Assembly (NCBI RefSeq): GCF_009914755.1
Contig: NC_060941.1
Origin: the human T2T-CHM13v2.0 reference genome, Homo sapiens
Length of the DNA: 64,000 nt
Strand: one strand, 5' to 3'
Position numbers and translations under genes: made by a program. This document shows, piece by piece, positions 25,967-42,312 of this stretch. The notes beneath the pieces are model-generated. The model saw only the letters and a list, made by a program, of their open reading frames with translations. It was not told the DNA's origin and searched no databases. The number at the start of each line of letters is the position of its first letter. The stretch's first letter is position 1.

Positions 25967-26489
25967 TATTACATAGTGGAGTCACGTAAAGAAGGAATTT
26001 TCATAAAAGATTTCAACTTTATCACTGCTTTGTGCCATCAGCAGGGTTAAGTCAGTACTCCTATTTTACAGCTGAAGAAATTAAGATGCAGAGAAATGAA
26101 AAGAGCAGGCAAAGCCCACATGCCTCATCTCCTCAGTGGCAGCATTTGTGATATCTGACTGATTTGGGCTCTGTAATCACACATTTTAAAAAGAGATGGT
26201 ACCAACTTAGTTCCCAGGATGGAAATTCCCAGAGAATCAAAGATAGATTCTTCTCATCAGTAAAACACAGCACCACATCTTTCATTTTTTCTGTACACAT
26301 TAATCTGGCCGGGTTAAACCCCACGATCCTGTTAAATACCCTGTAGTGAGAGGTCCCTTCTGTATCTTCAGGGTTTGTAGAAGTTCTGAAAACTCCCCAG
26401 GACTGCACTGTGAGAGAGGCATCTGGAGGAGACCAGGAGCCAGGTCGGAGAGATTGGAAATGTCCTTAATCCTTTCCCCGTGATTTTTT

Positions 26490-26796
<307 letters not shown>

Positions 26797-27199
26797 TAAA
26801 CTTTCACATCAGTCTCATTTCTGCCCACATCAATATCTTGATATTGGGTAGGCTGAATCACAAGAAAAGAAAATCGTAGCCTTGTCTGGGTAGATTGGCA
26901 TTAAGCCATGTTACAGGGTAGCTGAGGATGGGGTAATATTTTGGAATGAAGCTGGCAAGCCTACAGTGCAGTTACCTAGAAATCAAAACAAAGGATTTAT
27001 AAGAAGGAATTCTTGATTTGGAAAGGCCCAGTGGCAGTAGATGTTCTAACCTCCAGTAGTTTTGGTTTCTGTTGAAATAATTCAGTAGTCTCTTAGGTAG
27101 CACAAATATATATATACATATTTTGTGGCACACATTGCTGTAGATGTTGGGGTTCATCAGTGAACAAGATAGATATTTTCTCAATTATTAAAGTCTAGC

Positions 27200-28510
<1,311 letters not shown>

Positions 28511-28679
28511 TGGGAAATTTCAATAGATGATGGGGTTCAGAGGCCAGTCTGCTACCTGTGCCTACATTCTCATTCATGGTCTCTTTGCAAATAGGCCACA
28601 CATTATAGAGATATGTTTATTGGTTACCTGTAGGTGTTAAGGTGCATTATATTCTTCTTAAGGATAATAGAGTCACAGA

Positions 28680-29710
28680 ATGATGAAGAAGAACCAAACC
28701 ATGATCTCAGAGTTCCTGCTCCTGGGCCTTCCATCCAACCTGAGCAGCAGAATCTGTTCTATGCCTTGTTCTTGGCCGTGTATCTTACCACCCTCCTGGG
28801 GAACCTCCTCGTCATTGTCCTCATTCGACTGGACTCCCACCTCCACATGCCTATGTATTTGTGTCTCAGCAACTTGTCCTTCTCTGACCTCTGCTTTTCC
28901 TCGGTCACAATGCCCAAATTGCTGCAGAACATGCAGAGCCAAAACCCATCCATCCCCTTTGCGGACTGCCTGGCTCAGATGTACTTTCATCTGTTTTATG
29001 GAGTTCTGGAGAGCTTCCTCCTTGTGGTCATGGCTTATCACTGCTATGTGGCTATTTGCTTTCCTCTGCACTACACCACTATCATGAGCCCCAAGTGTTG
29101 CCTTGGTCTGCTGACACTCTCCTGGCTGTTGACCACTGCCCATGCCACGTTGCACACCTTGCTTATGGCCAGGCTGTCCTTTTGTGCTGAGAATGTGATT
29201 CCTCACTTTTTCTGTGATACATCTACCTTGTTGAAGCTGGCCTGCTCCAACACGCAAGTCAATGGGTGGGTGATGTTTTTCATGGGCGGGCTCATCCTTG
29301 TCATCCCATTCCTACTCCTCATCATGTCCTGTGCAAGAATCGTCTCCACCATCCTCAGGGTCCCTTCCACTGGGGGCATCCAGAAGGCTTTCTCCACCTG
29401 TGGCCCCCACCTCTCTGTGGTGTCTCTCTTCTATGGGACAATTATTGGTCTCTACTTGTGCCCATTGACGAATCATAACACTGTGAAGGACACTGTCATG
29501 GCTGTGATGTACACTGGGGTGACCCACATGCTGAACCCCTTCATCTACAGCCTGAGGAACAGAGACATGAGGGGGAACCCTGGGCAGAGTCTTCAGCACA
29601 AAGAAAATTTTTTTGTCTTTAAAATAGTAATAGTTGGCATTTTACCGTTATTGAATTTAGTAGGTGTAGTAAAGTTGATAATGAAATATCACTCTAAATC
29701 AGTGGCTTAA
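28680..29710 (+). pseudogene. OR1E3: Olfactory receptor 1E3 (hOR17-210), frameshifted allele
   Basis: ATG 28680 reads [17 protein letters not shown], then a 1-nt loss at CTT CC ATC (28728-28735) shifts the frame. The OR body ([10 protein letters not shown]...LHMPMY...MAYHCY...[10 protein letters not shown]...NPFIYSLRN) lies in the 28634..29710 frame. A second, +1 frameshift falls at 29571-29575. Candidate acceptor TTCTTCTTAAG (AG 28661-28662). Confidence 0.92.
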
Positions 29711-29932
29711 AGATTTTTTAAGACCACTAAACCTTTAGTTTAAACAAAACTCTATGCTAAAGGCTAACAGGAAAAATATGACAACAGACCTGTGTTTGGA
29801 GTGAAGTTGGGGGCAGGAAGCCAGGTGCTAAGTATGCTTCTTCCTTCCTTCCCAGGTGGAAATGAAGCTTGAAAATAAACGTTAAATATCTTTGTGCCAA
29901 CACCTATTATCCATATTAGTTGGGAATTAACT

Positions 29933-30242
<310 letters not shown>

Positions 30243-30608
30243 TAAATATCACTGTAATCTTTGTGTTCATCCTGCTCAAGAATTTTCAATGACATTCTCA
30301 AATGGAGAAAAGAAAAACCCCAACATTTTCTGTCTTAGGGAGCACATGTACTCCTAGAGTTCTGTGCTTCCAATACCTTACTCTTTGCTGTTGAATAAAA
30401 GCATTTATTTCCTTCTCTGCATACATATCCTCACATCATTCTATCCTTTAATTTTTATGTAATTTTCCAGACCTCGCAGAACAACCTGTCTGTAAAAGAG
30501 CTAATAAATAGTAAACCCTTATTGGGTGGTTTTCTCTGTGTAAGGCACTTTCACAACCTACTCACATACCAACACTATGAAGTTGGTCCCATGATTATCC
30601 CAATTTTA

Positions 30609-30945
<337 letters not shown>

Positions 30946-31624
30946 TAATTTGCCGTCCAATATCACACAAAACGTCAGTGATATAGTTAAGATTTGAACC
31001 CAGGGAGTTTACGTTTAGAGATCATGACTATACTGTGTCTTGGGGCTATAGAGTCCTACTCCTGTTTCATTCGGTTCCAATCACTTCTCATTTAATCATG
31101 ACCATTTCCTTCATATCTTCCTCATAGTTCTCATTGTGAGCTTGAATTATGATTTTCTTCAGATACAACCAGAAAGTGGAGAGCAGAGTTTGTAAAACCA
31201 CGTTTTCATGGGGCCAAGCAGGTCACATAGATCATTGTAAAGCCGGCCAGATTTGAGAAAAATCAGTTGCAGAAACATGATCAAAAATTGTTATTTTATT
31301 AATATGTGGATTATGCCTCTATCATAACACAAACATATATGCTATTGGAGATGATATTTCAAACTTGATATTGAACAAAGTCTAATTAAAAAATAATCAC
31401 TATATATTTGTAGTTTGTCATTCTTTCATTGGGAACAAAATGTTTTTCTTCTGCACTTTGATGCCAATATGAAGTCCTTTGTTTCTTCACAGATTGGTAG
31501 AGAACTGAGGCTTGTGTCCACTAAGTAGGAGGGATATTTAGATCTCTTTTGTTTAATAATAGATGAGTTGTTGAATGCACTGTGAACATGGATCAAATCT
31601 TTGCAATAACATTGTTATATTTAT

Positions 31625-31925
31625 TTATTTTTTTATTTATATATTATATATATATTTATACTTTAAGTTCTAGGGTACATGTGCACAATGTGCAGGTTTG
31701 TTACATATGTATACATGTGCCATGTTGGTGTGCTGCACCCATTAACTCGTCATTTACATTAGGTGTATCTCCTAATGCTATCCCTCCCCCCACCCCACAA
31801 CAGGCGCCGGTGTGTGATGTTCCCCTTCCTGTGTCCATGTGTTCTCATTGTTCAATTCCCACCTATGAGTGACAACATGCGGTGTTTGGTTTTTTGTCTT
31901 TGTGATAGTTTGCTGAGAATGATGG
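31625..31925 (-). mobile_element. 5'-truncated L1PA 3' end
   Basis: TATACTTTAAGTTCTAGGGTACATGTGCAC... L1PA 3' UTR, TSD GTTATATTTA. Confidence 0.92.
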
Positions 31926-31974
31926 TTATATTTAATTTAAATATTACAAGTTTAAAATTTTATATTATACATTT

Positions 31975-32290
<316 letters not shown>

Positions 32291-32629
32291 TAGGTTAATG
32301 TAACATGTTTGAAATGTTATTCTGATTCTTTATACTGGCAACTGAATGAACTTTGAATGCTACATATGGAAATATTTTTATTTTTGTAAAAATTTATAAT
32401 AAAAACAAGAAATATTCCTTATTTAATTTCAGTAAAAATTTTATATTAATTTTATTCTGCTTTCAATACATAATTTTTGCCAATTTAGAAAAAGCATTTG
32501 AAAAATAATTTTAGGTTTGCAATTTTTTCCATTTACTTTTATATTTTAAATGAAATTACATAAACATAATTATATTTAGCTTTTTAATGTTTAATCTTTA
32601 AAAAATTTCATTGTGTAACTTTTAAAAAA

Positions 32630-35460
32630 AATTTAAGTCCTGGGATACATGTGCAGAACCTGCAGATTTGTTACATAAGTATACATGTGCTATGGTGGTT
32701 TGCTCCACCTATCAACCCATCATCTAGGTTTTAATTATTAGTATTATTTCCTGGAGAAGCTTTACAGTATGATTCAATCCTGTTTGTCTATTTTTGCTTT
32801 TGTTGCCTGTGCCTTAGAGGACATATTAAAAAAATCATTGCCCAGACGAAAATAATGGAGATTTTCCCCTATGTTTTCTTCTAGTAGTTTTACAGTTTTA
32901 GGTCTTATATTGAAGACTTTAATCAATTTTGTGTTGATTTTTGTTTATAGTTAAACTAAGGGTCGAATTTCATTCTTCTGCATGTTAGATACCCAGTTTC
33001 CTCAGCATCATTTATTGAATAGACCATCTTTTCCCATAGTGTGTTCTTGACACCATTGTAAAAAATCAGTTAGCCATAAATGTATGAGTTTATATCTGCA
33101 CTTTCTATCCTGTTCCATTGGTTGATGTGCTCATTTTTATGCCTGTACCATGCTGTTCTGATAATTGTTTTATTATATATTTTGAAATCAGAGAGTGTGA
33201 TGCCTCCAAGCTTTGTTCTTTTTGCTCAATATTGTTTTGGTTATTTGGGGTCTTTTGTAGTTCCATATGAATTTTAGAATTATTTTCTATTGTGAAAAAT
33301 GACATTGTAGTTTTGATAAGGATTGCATGAAATCTGTAGATCAATTTGGGCATTTCATAATAATTCTAATCCAAGAACACAGAATATCTATTTATTTGTG
33401 TTTTCTTCAATTTCATTCAACAGTATCTAGTAGTTTTCGTCATACAGGTCTTTAGTTAAATTTATGCCTAAATATTTTATTTATTTTTGTTGCTTTTATT
33501 TTGTTTATATCTGTTGTAAATCAGATCACTTTCTTAATTTCATTGTCATATTATTATTCGTGTATGGAAACATTACTGATTTTTGTATGTTAATTTTGAA
33601 TCCTGCAAGTTTATTGAATTTCTTTATCAGTTATAATAGTTTTCTGGTGGAGTCTTTAGGGTCATCTATATATAAGATCACGTTGTCAGCAAATAGAAAC
33701 AATTTTACTTCTTTTCATATTAGGATGCCTTTTCTTTCTTTCTCTTGCCTAATTGCTCTGGATAGAATTTCCAGTACTGCGTTGAAAAGAAGTGTTGAGG
33801 GTGGGCATCCTTGTTTTGTCCCTGATCTTAGAGGAAAAGCTTTCAACTTTTCACTGTTGAATATGATGTTAGCTGTGGGTTTGACACAGACAGTCATCCC
33901 TCAGTTTACTTGGGGAATTGATTCCACGACCCCCTGCACATCCCCAAACCTATGGATGCTCAAGTCCTGCAGTTTGTCTGTGGAACCTGTGGATACAAAA
34001 AGCCAGCCCTTTTTATTTGTGGGTTCCATATCCCACAGATACTGTATTTTTGACCCATGGTTGGTTGAATCCATGAATATGGAATCTGCAAATATGGAGG
34101 GGTGATTATCGCTTCTATTGTGTTGAGGTACATTCCCTCTATACCTAAAGTTTTGAGAAGTTTTTTTTTTAACCACAAAAGGGTGTTGAGTTTTGTCAAA
34201 TGACTTTTCTTAAGATTATATGGTTTTTGACCCTCATTCTGTTAATGCTTATCTCACTTATTGATTTGCATATGTTGAGCCATCCTTGCTACTCAGGGGT
34301 AAATCCTACTTGATCAAGGTGAATAGTTTTTTAATGTGTTGTTTAATTTGGTTTACTGGTATTAGGTTGAGAATTTTTGAATCTACGTTCATCTGAGATA
34401 TTGGCTTGTATTTTCTTTTCTTGTATTGTCCTTGTCTGGTTTTGGAGCAGGGTAATGCTGGCTTGGTAAAATAAGTTTTAAAGCATTGCCTCCACTTTGA
34501 TTTTTTGGAAGAGTTTGAGAAGGATTGGTATTAGTTCTTGAAATGTTTGGTAGAATTCAGTGGTGTCGCCATCGAGTCCTGGGCTTCTTTTTGATGGGAG
34601 ACTTTTTATTACTGACTCAATCTCCTTACTTGTTATTGGTCTTGTTCAGAATTTGTTTCTTCATGATACATTATTCAGTCTTGGTAGGTTGTGTGTGTCT
34701 AGAAATTTGTCCACTTCTAGATTATCCATTTTGTTTGTGTATAATTTTTCATACTAGTTTCTTATGATCCTTTGTATTTCTGTGGTATCATTTGTAATGT
34801 CTCCACTTTCATTTCTCATTTTATTTGAGTCTTCTTTCTTTTTTCCTAGTTAGTCTAGGAAACGCTTTGTTGGCTTTGTTTACTCAGTAAAACAACTTTT
34901 AGTTTCATTGTTTTTCATTGTTTCTCGTCTCTATTTTATTTCTGCTCTGATCTTTATTTCCTCTCTTTGGCTAACTTGAGCTTAGTCTGCTAGATTATTT
35001 GAGTTTTGTTAATTGATATAAACATTTGTTACTATACAATTCCTGCTTATACGATGCAGAAAAGTACTCATAAGTTTTTGTATGTTGTAGTCTCATTTTC
35101 ATTTGTCTCTATTTCCTTTTTGACTTCTTCAGTGACCCATTGGTTTTTTAGGAGTATGTTATTCAGTTTCTACATATTTGTGAATTTTTTAGGATTTCTC
35201 CTGTTACTGATTTCTGGTTTCATACTATTGTGATCAGAAAAGATACCTGATTGACTTCAATAGTCTTAATTTTGTTAAGACTTTTTTGTAGTCTAACATA
35301 CAAGATAATCTATCTTGGAGAATGGTCTGTGTGCACTTGAGAAGTACATGGATTCCGTCGATGTTGGATTAAATGTTCTGTACATGTTTGTTAGGTGCAT
35401 TTGGTTTAAAGTGTAATTAAAGTCCAGTGTTTCCTTATTGATTTTCTTTCTAGATGATCT
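32630..35460 (-). mobile_element. Short L1PA 3' tip (32630-32735) followed by older L1M ORF2 fragment (32750-35460)
   Basis: ORFs 33105..33353 and 33715..33897 ([16 protein letters not shown]) are L1 ORF2-like. Confidence 0.85.
33891..34107. mobile_element. MER8/MER2-type Tigger-derived DNA transposon inserted in L1
   Basis: Starts CAGTCATCCCTCAGT...GGGGAATTGATTCCACGACCCCC and ends ...ATATGGAGGGGTGATTA. L1 ORF2 resumes on both sides. Confidence 0.7.
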
Positions 35461-35682
35461 TTTACATTTTCATAGCAATTTGGCAAATTAAGGAAATTAA
35501 AGAAAATTAGCTTTAAAACTATCTGTAATTATTGCTGGATATATTTTTAAAGAAGGTAGGCTAGGAGAGTAAATCACACAAAAATATGCTTATAAAAATC
35601 ATATTTATATATTCAAAAATTTGATTTAATCCATAAACTTGACAGTAGAGTAATCTTTGATCAAACTATGGTGTAAGAGTGT

Positions 35683-36006
<324 letters not shown>

Positions 36007-36454
36007 CTATATGACAAACATGTAAACTGTGTTGTTACATGGACATTCTTGTACAAAAAATACATATAAAAGAGTAACAAATAATTTAAGTTAAAAAGGT
36101 AGAACTAAAAGTATGGATGCATGTTAATTTAAACAGTGAAAGGTGCATGTCTGTCAATGAATTAGGAGAGAATATGGGATGATGTAAAAACTTTTGTATT
36201 TTAAATTAAGTAGGCAGAGTTTTACTGTTAAGTACCTAGTATGCATTATTTGAAAGGTAGGTTGCAATCTTTCTTGCAAATGAATCTCTGTAGGTAGGTA
36301 ATTCCTCATTAAATGCCACAATGTCCCCAAAAGTGTAATTTCAGCAGTGTCCCTTCCCGGTTCACAGTGCGGGCAATAAGTCATTCCTTATTCGCAGTTC
36401 CGAGGAGTGGATTCACTTTATCTGCCACTGCTCAGCTTTCATTTTAAGAAGGGC

Positions 36455-37225
36455 TAATGCAGGACAGTTCTCTGGGTGGCCTTGAATGAACCAGGTTTCC
36501 CCCTTTTCTTGCTTATAGTTTTCCAGAATAACTGTAGAATGTGACATCCTGAGATAGGGAAGAGCTGGATGCAACAGCCCAGGTTCTGATCCACTTGCCC
36601 TAGAAATAGGATGTTATAGAAAACCAAACACCACATGTTCTCACTCATAAGTGGAAGTTGAACAATGAGAACACATTGGCACAGGGAGGGGAACATCACA
36701 CACCGGGACTTGTCGTGGGGGATAGGGGGCAAGGGGAGGGAGAGCATTAGGACAAATACCTAATGCATGCGGGGGTTAAAACCTAGATGACAGGTTGATA
36801 GGTGCAGCAAACCACCATGGCACGTGTGTACCTATGTAACAAACCTGCACGTCCTGCACTTGTATCCCAGAACTTAAAGCAAAAGCAAAAAAAAAAAAAT
36901 AATAAAAAAATAAAAAAGAAATGTTCTTCAGCCGTTTAGCCAAGTGGATCCTGTGACCCCCAGGGTGTAAGGCCCAAGGTGGGCTGCCTTATAGGGTCTC
37001 TCAGCTGTAGTGTAAGTGGAGTACCTGCATGTGAGACTCATTCCCCCTGTGCAGCTTTTCTGAGCCTTGGGGGACCAGCTCGAGGTGAATCCTAGGCGTC
37101 TGTTGTTCCTTGCTGCCTATCTGTGAATAATAAACGTGCTTGATGTCACTTGTTGTCTGTGTGGGTGTTCTGTTTCACTCGACTCGGACAAGTTGGTAAC
37201 CGGTGCACAGTGAACCTGCTTCAGA
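36455..37225 (+). mobile_element. ERV-type solo LTR (family not determined) interrupted by an L1PA 3' end
   Basis: LTR-like layout ending in ...CTTCA, with AATAAA near 37129. An L1PA 3' UTR plus poly-A is inserted at ~36618-36920. Confidence 0.6.
36618..36920 (+). mobile_element. 5'-truncated L1PA 3' end
   Basis: AAAACCAAACACCACATGTTCTCACTCATAAGTGG...CAGAACTTAAAG followed by poly-A. Confidence 0.93.
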
Positions 37226-37249
37226 GCTTCTACCTCAATGGCTGACACC

Positions 37250-37510
37250 GATTGAAAATACACTACGTACTAGGAGTTAACCCTGTATGTGTATTTATGC
37301 ACATTTCATTTAATTATCACAGAGAATGCTTTACATATATTATCATATTTAAACTTACAACACAATGAGGTAGGCTTTTTCTTTTTTTTTTTTTTTTCCA
37401 AACATTAAATAATTTCCTAGGATCACACAGCTTAAACGTGGCAAAGCCGGGGTTTGAACTTGATTCCACAGCGTCCACGCTGCTTACCACTTTGCTCTAC
37501 TACCTTTTAT
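37250..37510 (-). mobile_element. MIR
   Basis: AGGATCACACAGCT...GTGGCAAAGCCGGGGTTTGAAC, reverse-complement MIR core. Confidence 0.6.
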
Positions 37511-38862
37511 TATCAGACGATCGTGTCTGGGCTTCAGATAAGGTGAATAGGGAGCTGGTGAGCTAGAATTGCTATTATCTACAGCAATTACCATCTATGG
37601 CACAGCAGCCTGCAGTCAGATACCTGAAGGTAAACAGACAACAAGAATGAAAAACAGCACCCAGTTGTGACATTTTATTTTCCTATAGAAACGTATTGGT
37701 TGTGGCTGTAACGTACTGTACAGAGTCTTGCCACAACGTCTACTGACAAAGCTTTCCAAGTCGTTTTTGGCAACCATGCACAATAATCAATGTATTCTGA
37801 AACCGTTGGCCTGAGTTGACCTTGGGAGAAATACGGAAGAGTGTGGTTAACTGTGGACATCAGTTATGAACTGGTGGCACTGGGCTCGCATGCTACGGTA
37901 AACAGCTGGAAGTTGATTCTGCAGGCAGTTTCAAGCCACTGGACATTTCTCTTAGTGATATAATGGTACCCTATGAAGATTAATCTGATTATGGTGTACA
38001 GAGTTGATGGAAGGCGGGTAGACTGAGGACTGAAGACCAACTAGGAGGAGGCTTTAATCATTCAGGCAGGAGAGCATAAAGTGTCCATAAAAATCATTCT
38101 TTTCCCCTAACTTTAAGTTGTAACCATTTCAGTGGGATTCAGCACCTATCAATGGTACCAGGCATTACGCCATGTGGTAAGCATTGGGGCTGCAGAGATG
38201 AAATGAGTGTGGAAAAAATTGCCCTGAAGAGGAACCTGAGGTTTTCACATGAAGTCTAAGGTGGCAGGAGGATTATGGGTCTTGGAGGCCTGGTAAGACA
38301 CTGCAGTGAGTCTGTCTGAAGATGCCATCTCCATCAAGCCCTTCCTAGACCCAGTTCCTCATCACTGAGCATGGGAGCATCACAGATACGGGCAGTGCCT
38401 GTGGCAGAAACACTGTGGGTGGGGATCCGAGTGATCAGGATCACAGTGATGCTGGGGGAAGGTCGTCCTTCCCTGAATTTTATTCTTGGCCCTATACAAC
38501 AGCCCAGCCAGATATTCCCTTATTTCAGTCATGAGCTGTCCCATGTTGTTTAAAAAGCATTAACTAATAACATTATTAAATCATCAATATTATTAACTAT
38601 AGTAAATATAATAAGGCATGACATTATATTATACATCTGGATGGCTGTGGTTTTAGAACATAATTGTAAGAACTTCACCTGTGACATTGGCCTGATGATG
38701 GGTTATGATGCAGTCCTGTAGCTTAGACATGAATATTTCAGGTTCAGATCGTAGGTACTGGAACAGAGGTCTCTAGATTCTCTCCATCTTTCATTCTTCA
38801 CTGCTTACTGTGGTGAACGCAGGTGCATGGAGACCCCCATATTGGATGTCAAGTCACTACCA

Positions 38863-39804
38863 CTAAGGGGAATGAATTTTCCGAACCCAGATTAACTTTC
38901 TCAGGGAAGACTTTATTTCTTGGTTCCTCAAACTGTAGATAAAGGGATTCAACATTGGAGTTACCACTGTGTACATCACTGATGCAACTGTGTCCTTCTG
39001 GGCCGAGTGGGTTGAGGGAGAACTGAAATCAACACAAAAAGAAGTCCCAAAGAAGAGAGAGACCACGGAGAGATGAGAGCTGCAGGTGGAAAAGGCTTTC
39101 CGCTTCCCCTGAGCTGATGGGATCTTCAGGATGGTCGAGAAAACGTTCGTGTAAGAGATAATCAGGCAAAGCACACAAATGAGTCCTGTGAGACCCCCAG
39201 TGATGAAGATCACCAGCTCATTGGTGAAGGGGTCTGTGCAGGACAGACTCAGGAGGGGATTGATGTCACAGAAGAAGTGTGGGATCTCATGGTTTGCGCA
39301 GAAGGACAGGCTGTTCATCAGAAGTGTGTGTAGAAGGGAGTGGAGGGCATTCATGATCCAGGATGCAGACACGAGGAAGATGCAGAGCCCAGGGCTCATG
39401 ATCAGAATGTAATGAAGTGGGTGGCATATGGCCACGTAGCAGTCATAGGCCATGACCGCCAAGAGGAATGCCTCCAGCATCACAAATAACATGAAAAAAT
39501 ACAACTGTAGTAGACACCCTGAGTAGGAGATGGCCTGACTCTGGATCTGTATGTTTGCCAGCATCTTAGGGACTGTGGTGGACACAAAGCAGGCATCTGC
39601 AAGGGAGAGGTTGGCTAGAAAGAAGTACATGGGGGTATGGAGTTGAGTGTCAGTAATGATGACTAGAATGATGAGGAGGTTGCCTGCCACCGTGACCAAG
39701 TACATGAACAGGAAGGACCCAAAGAGGGGCTTCTGCTCCTCCAGCTGCTCAGAGAACCCCAGGAGGAAACATTCTGAGATGCTGGTCAGATTTTTCCCCT
39801 CCAT
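38863..39804 (-). CDS. OR1G1: Olfactory receptor 1G1 (hOR17-209), 313 aa
   Basis: [20 protein letters not shown]..., [38 protein letters not shown], ending RKIHSP. The start is taken as ATG 39802-39804, directly after a splice acceptor. Confidence 0.95.
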
Positions 39805-39808
39805 TTGT

Positions 39809-39835
39809 CTGTAGGAAGAAAGTTGGGTTAATTGG
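39809..39835 (-). promoter_or_regulatory. 3' splice acceptor of the OR1G1 coding exon
   Basis: Minus strand CAATTAACCCAACTTTCTTCCTACAG|ACAAATG: branch-like TTAAC, pyrimidine tract, and AG at 39809-39810. Confidence 0.75.
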
Positions 39836-40299
39836 GTGACGTTGGTAAGCCCTGGATTGTGAACTCTGAAAATTATGCAATATTCCAGTGTTGATCTTCT
39901 AGTGTGAGGTTGGATCATAGGAAATCTCCACTATTTGACTCTTTGGGACCTGCAAAAATGGCCATTTCATAGGGTTCGACTAAATATTTGCAAATTCCTG
40001 TGCTTGGTGCTATGAGAAACCACAGATTTGTTTGTAATGCAATGAGAGGCTTTTAAATTTATTCCATAAGCATTAAGCCAATATGTGTATTTTGGGGCTG
40101 GGCTGGAGGGGCTTGCTGGCTTTGCTCTGGTAGTGTTCATGTAGAAACTATGACATTTATACAACCCAAGATTTTACAGGTCAAATGAGCCCATTGTACC
40201 AATAATTAAAAAGACAGCTCCTGGAAAGGGGTTTTGGAATTGGGAAAAGCATGGCTAACATGGAAATCATTATCACTGTTATCTACACAGCGGGTCTGG

Positions 40300-41110
40300 C
40301 CAGAAACCTGAGCGTCATTATTGACCCACGTTTCTCCCTCCCTGCCTACATCCAACCACCACCAAAGCCTGGCAATTTTACCTTCTCAATATGGCTACAA
40401 TTTACTGACGTCTCTCTGTTTACTGGTCACCATCAGTCCCAGCTGCAGCTCATGTCATTCAGGGCACTGTGATTTCTCACTTGGATTTGGGCAGTTGATC
40501 TCCATGCCCCCAGGTATGCCCACCTGCCACCTGCTGTTCTAAATACACAGAGAATAGGCTTGCTAAAAATCAAATTCGACTCTTGTCTTTCTGCTTGAAA
40601 AATCCTTCATACACTCCTCATTACTCCCAGGATAAACTCTAAACTGAACACGGCTGAATGTCCTGGATCTTACCGTCATTTATTACAGACATCCCCAGTT
40701 CCTCATGAAACTCCCTCCTCCACTCCACACTTTATGCACTAATCATAGTTTCAATTATTTTAAAGGCCCAGATACTCCCTCACCTTTAGGCTTTCTCAGG
40801 CTGAAATAGTTTTTCCCATCCCATTTATCAGACGAGCTAAGCTTCAGGTCTCACCTTAGATGTCACCTCTTCTGGGAAGTCTTTCCCAACTCATCCTCTC
40901 ACCAGAAACTCAGGTTCGTGACCTTCCTAATGCAGTGCCTCCCCCATCACAGCATGTGTCACCTTGGATTCTGAGTGTCTGTTTATATGAGTGTCCCTCA
41001 TTCTGCTGTGAGCATCACTGGGAGTAGGCAGAGATGGTGCCTAATTGGCTCAGCTTTGAAATCTAGCATTAGCCTTGAGGCTGGTACAACACAGATGCTC
41101 AGTATGAATC
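40300..41110. mobile_element. L2 fragments
   Basis: Pyrimidine-rich L2 3'-like sequence (CTTAGATGTCACCTCTTCTGGGAAGTCTTTCCC). Confidence 0.6.
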
Positions 41111-41214
41111 TATCATGTAAATACATAAACCCCAGAGAATGGAAAGAGTGGGAAGAATGGAAAGGGGCTTTGCTATAGAGGTAATATCAGGCATAAGAAT
41201 TAGCCTGAACCTTT

Positions 41215-41585
<371 letters not shown>

Positions 41586-41786
41586 TAGGAATATGTAGGG
41601 AAACACTACGGTTACAGAGAGATAAGTGTTCCAAACAAATGCATTCTTTCTAGGTGAAATTCTTGGGATGGAACAGTGTTTCAGCTGAGTGATTAACCCA
41701 CGGAATCAGTTTCCCTGTGCCGCTTTTTTTTACCTTCAGAGTTTAATATAACCTATGGATTTGTAAGCCTTAGTTACGTACACTAA

Positions 41787-42312
<526 letters not shown>

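Noticed and set aside
24643-26050. Repetitive Arg/Gly/Pro-rich ORFs
   Set aside because: Translations of the SVA VNTR and Alu-like domain, not genes.
28634-28730. 358-aa ORF starting at GTG 28634 as an intact OR
   Set aside because: Non-ATG start upstream of the splice acceptor. The first ~33 residues are an out-of-frame reading of the real N-terminus.
33464-34105. 213-aa plus-strand ORF
   Set aside because: Antisense L1 ORF2 running into a MER8-type insertion; a chance open frame.
36320-36450. CpG-containing segment considered as a small RNA pseudogene
   Set aside because: I could not match it to any snRNA, tRNA, Y RNA or 7SK sequence I know.
39805-39918. 38-aa N-terminal extension of OR1G1 in the ORF track
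   Set aside because: It crosses a clear branch point, pyrimidine tract and AG acceptor at 39809-39810, so it is most likely intronic. The canonical OR N-terminus begins at MEGKNLT.
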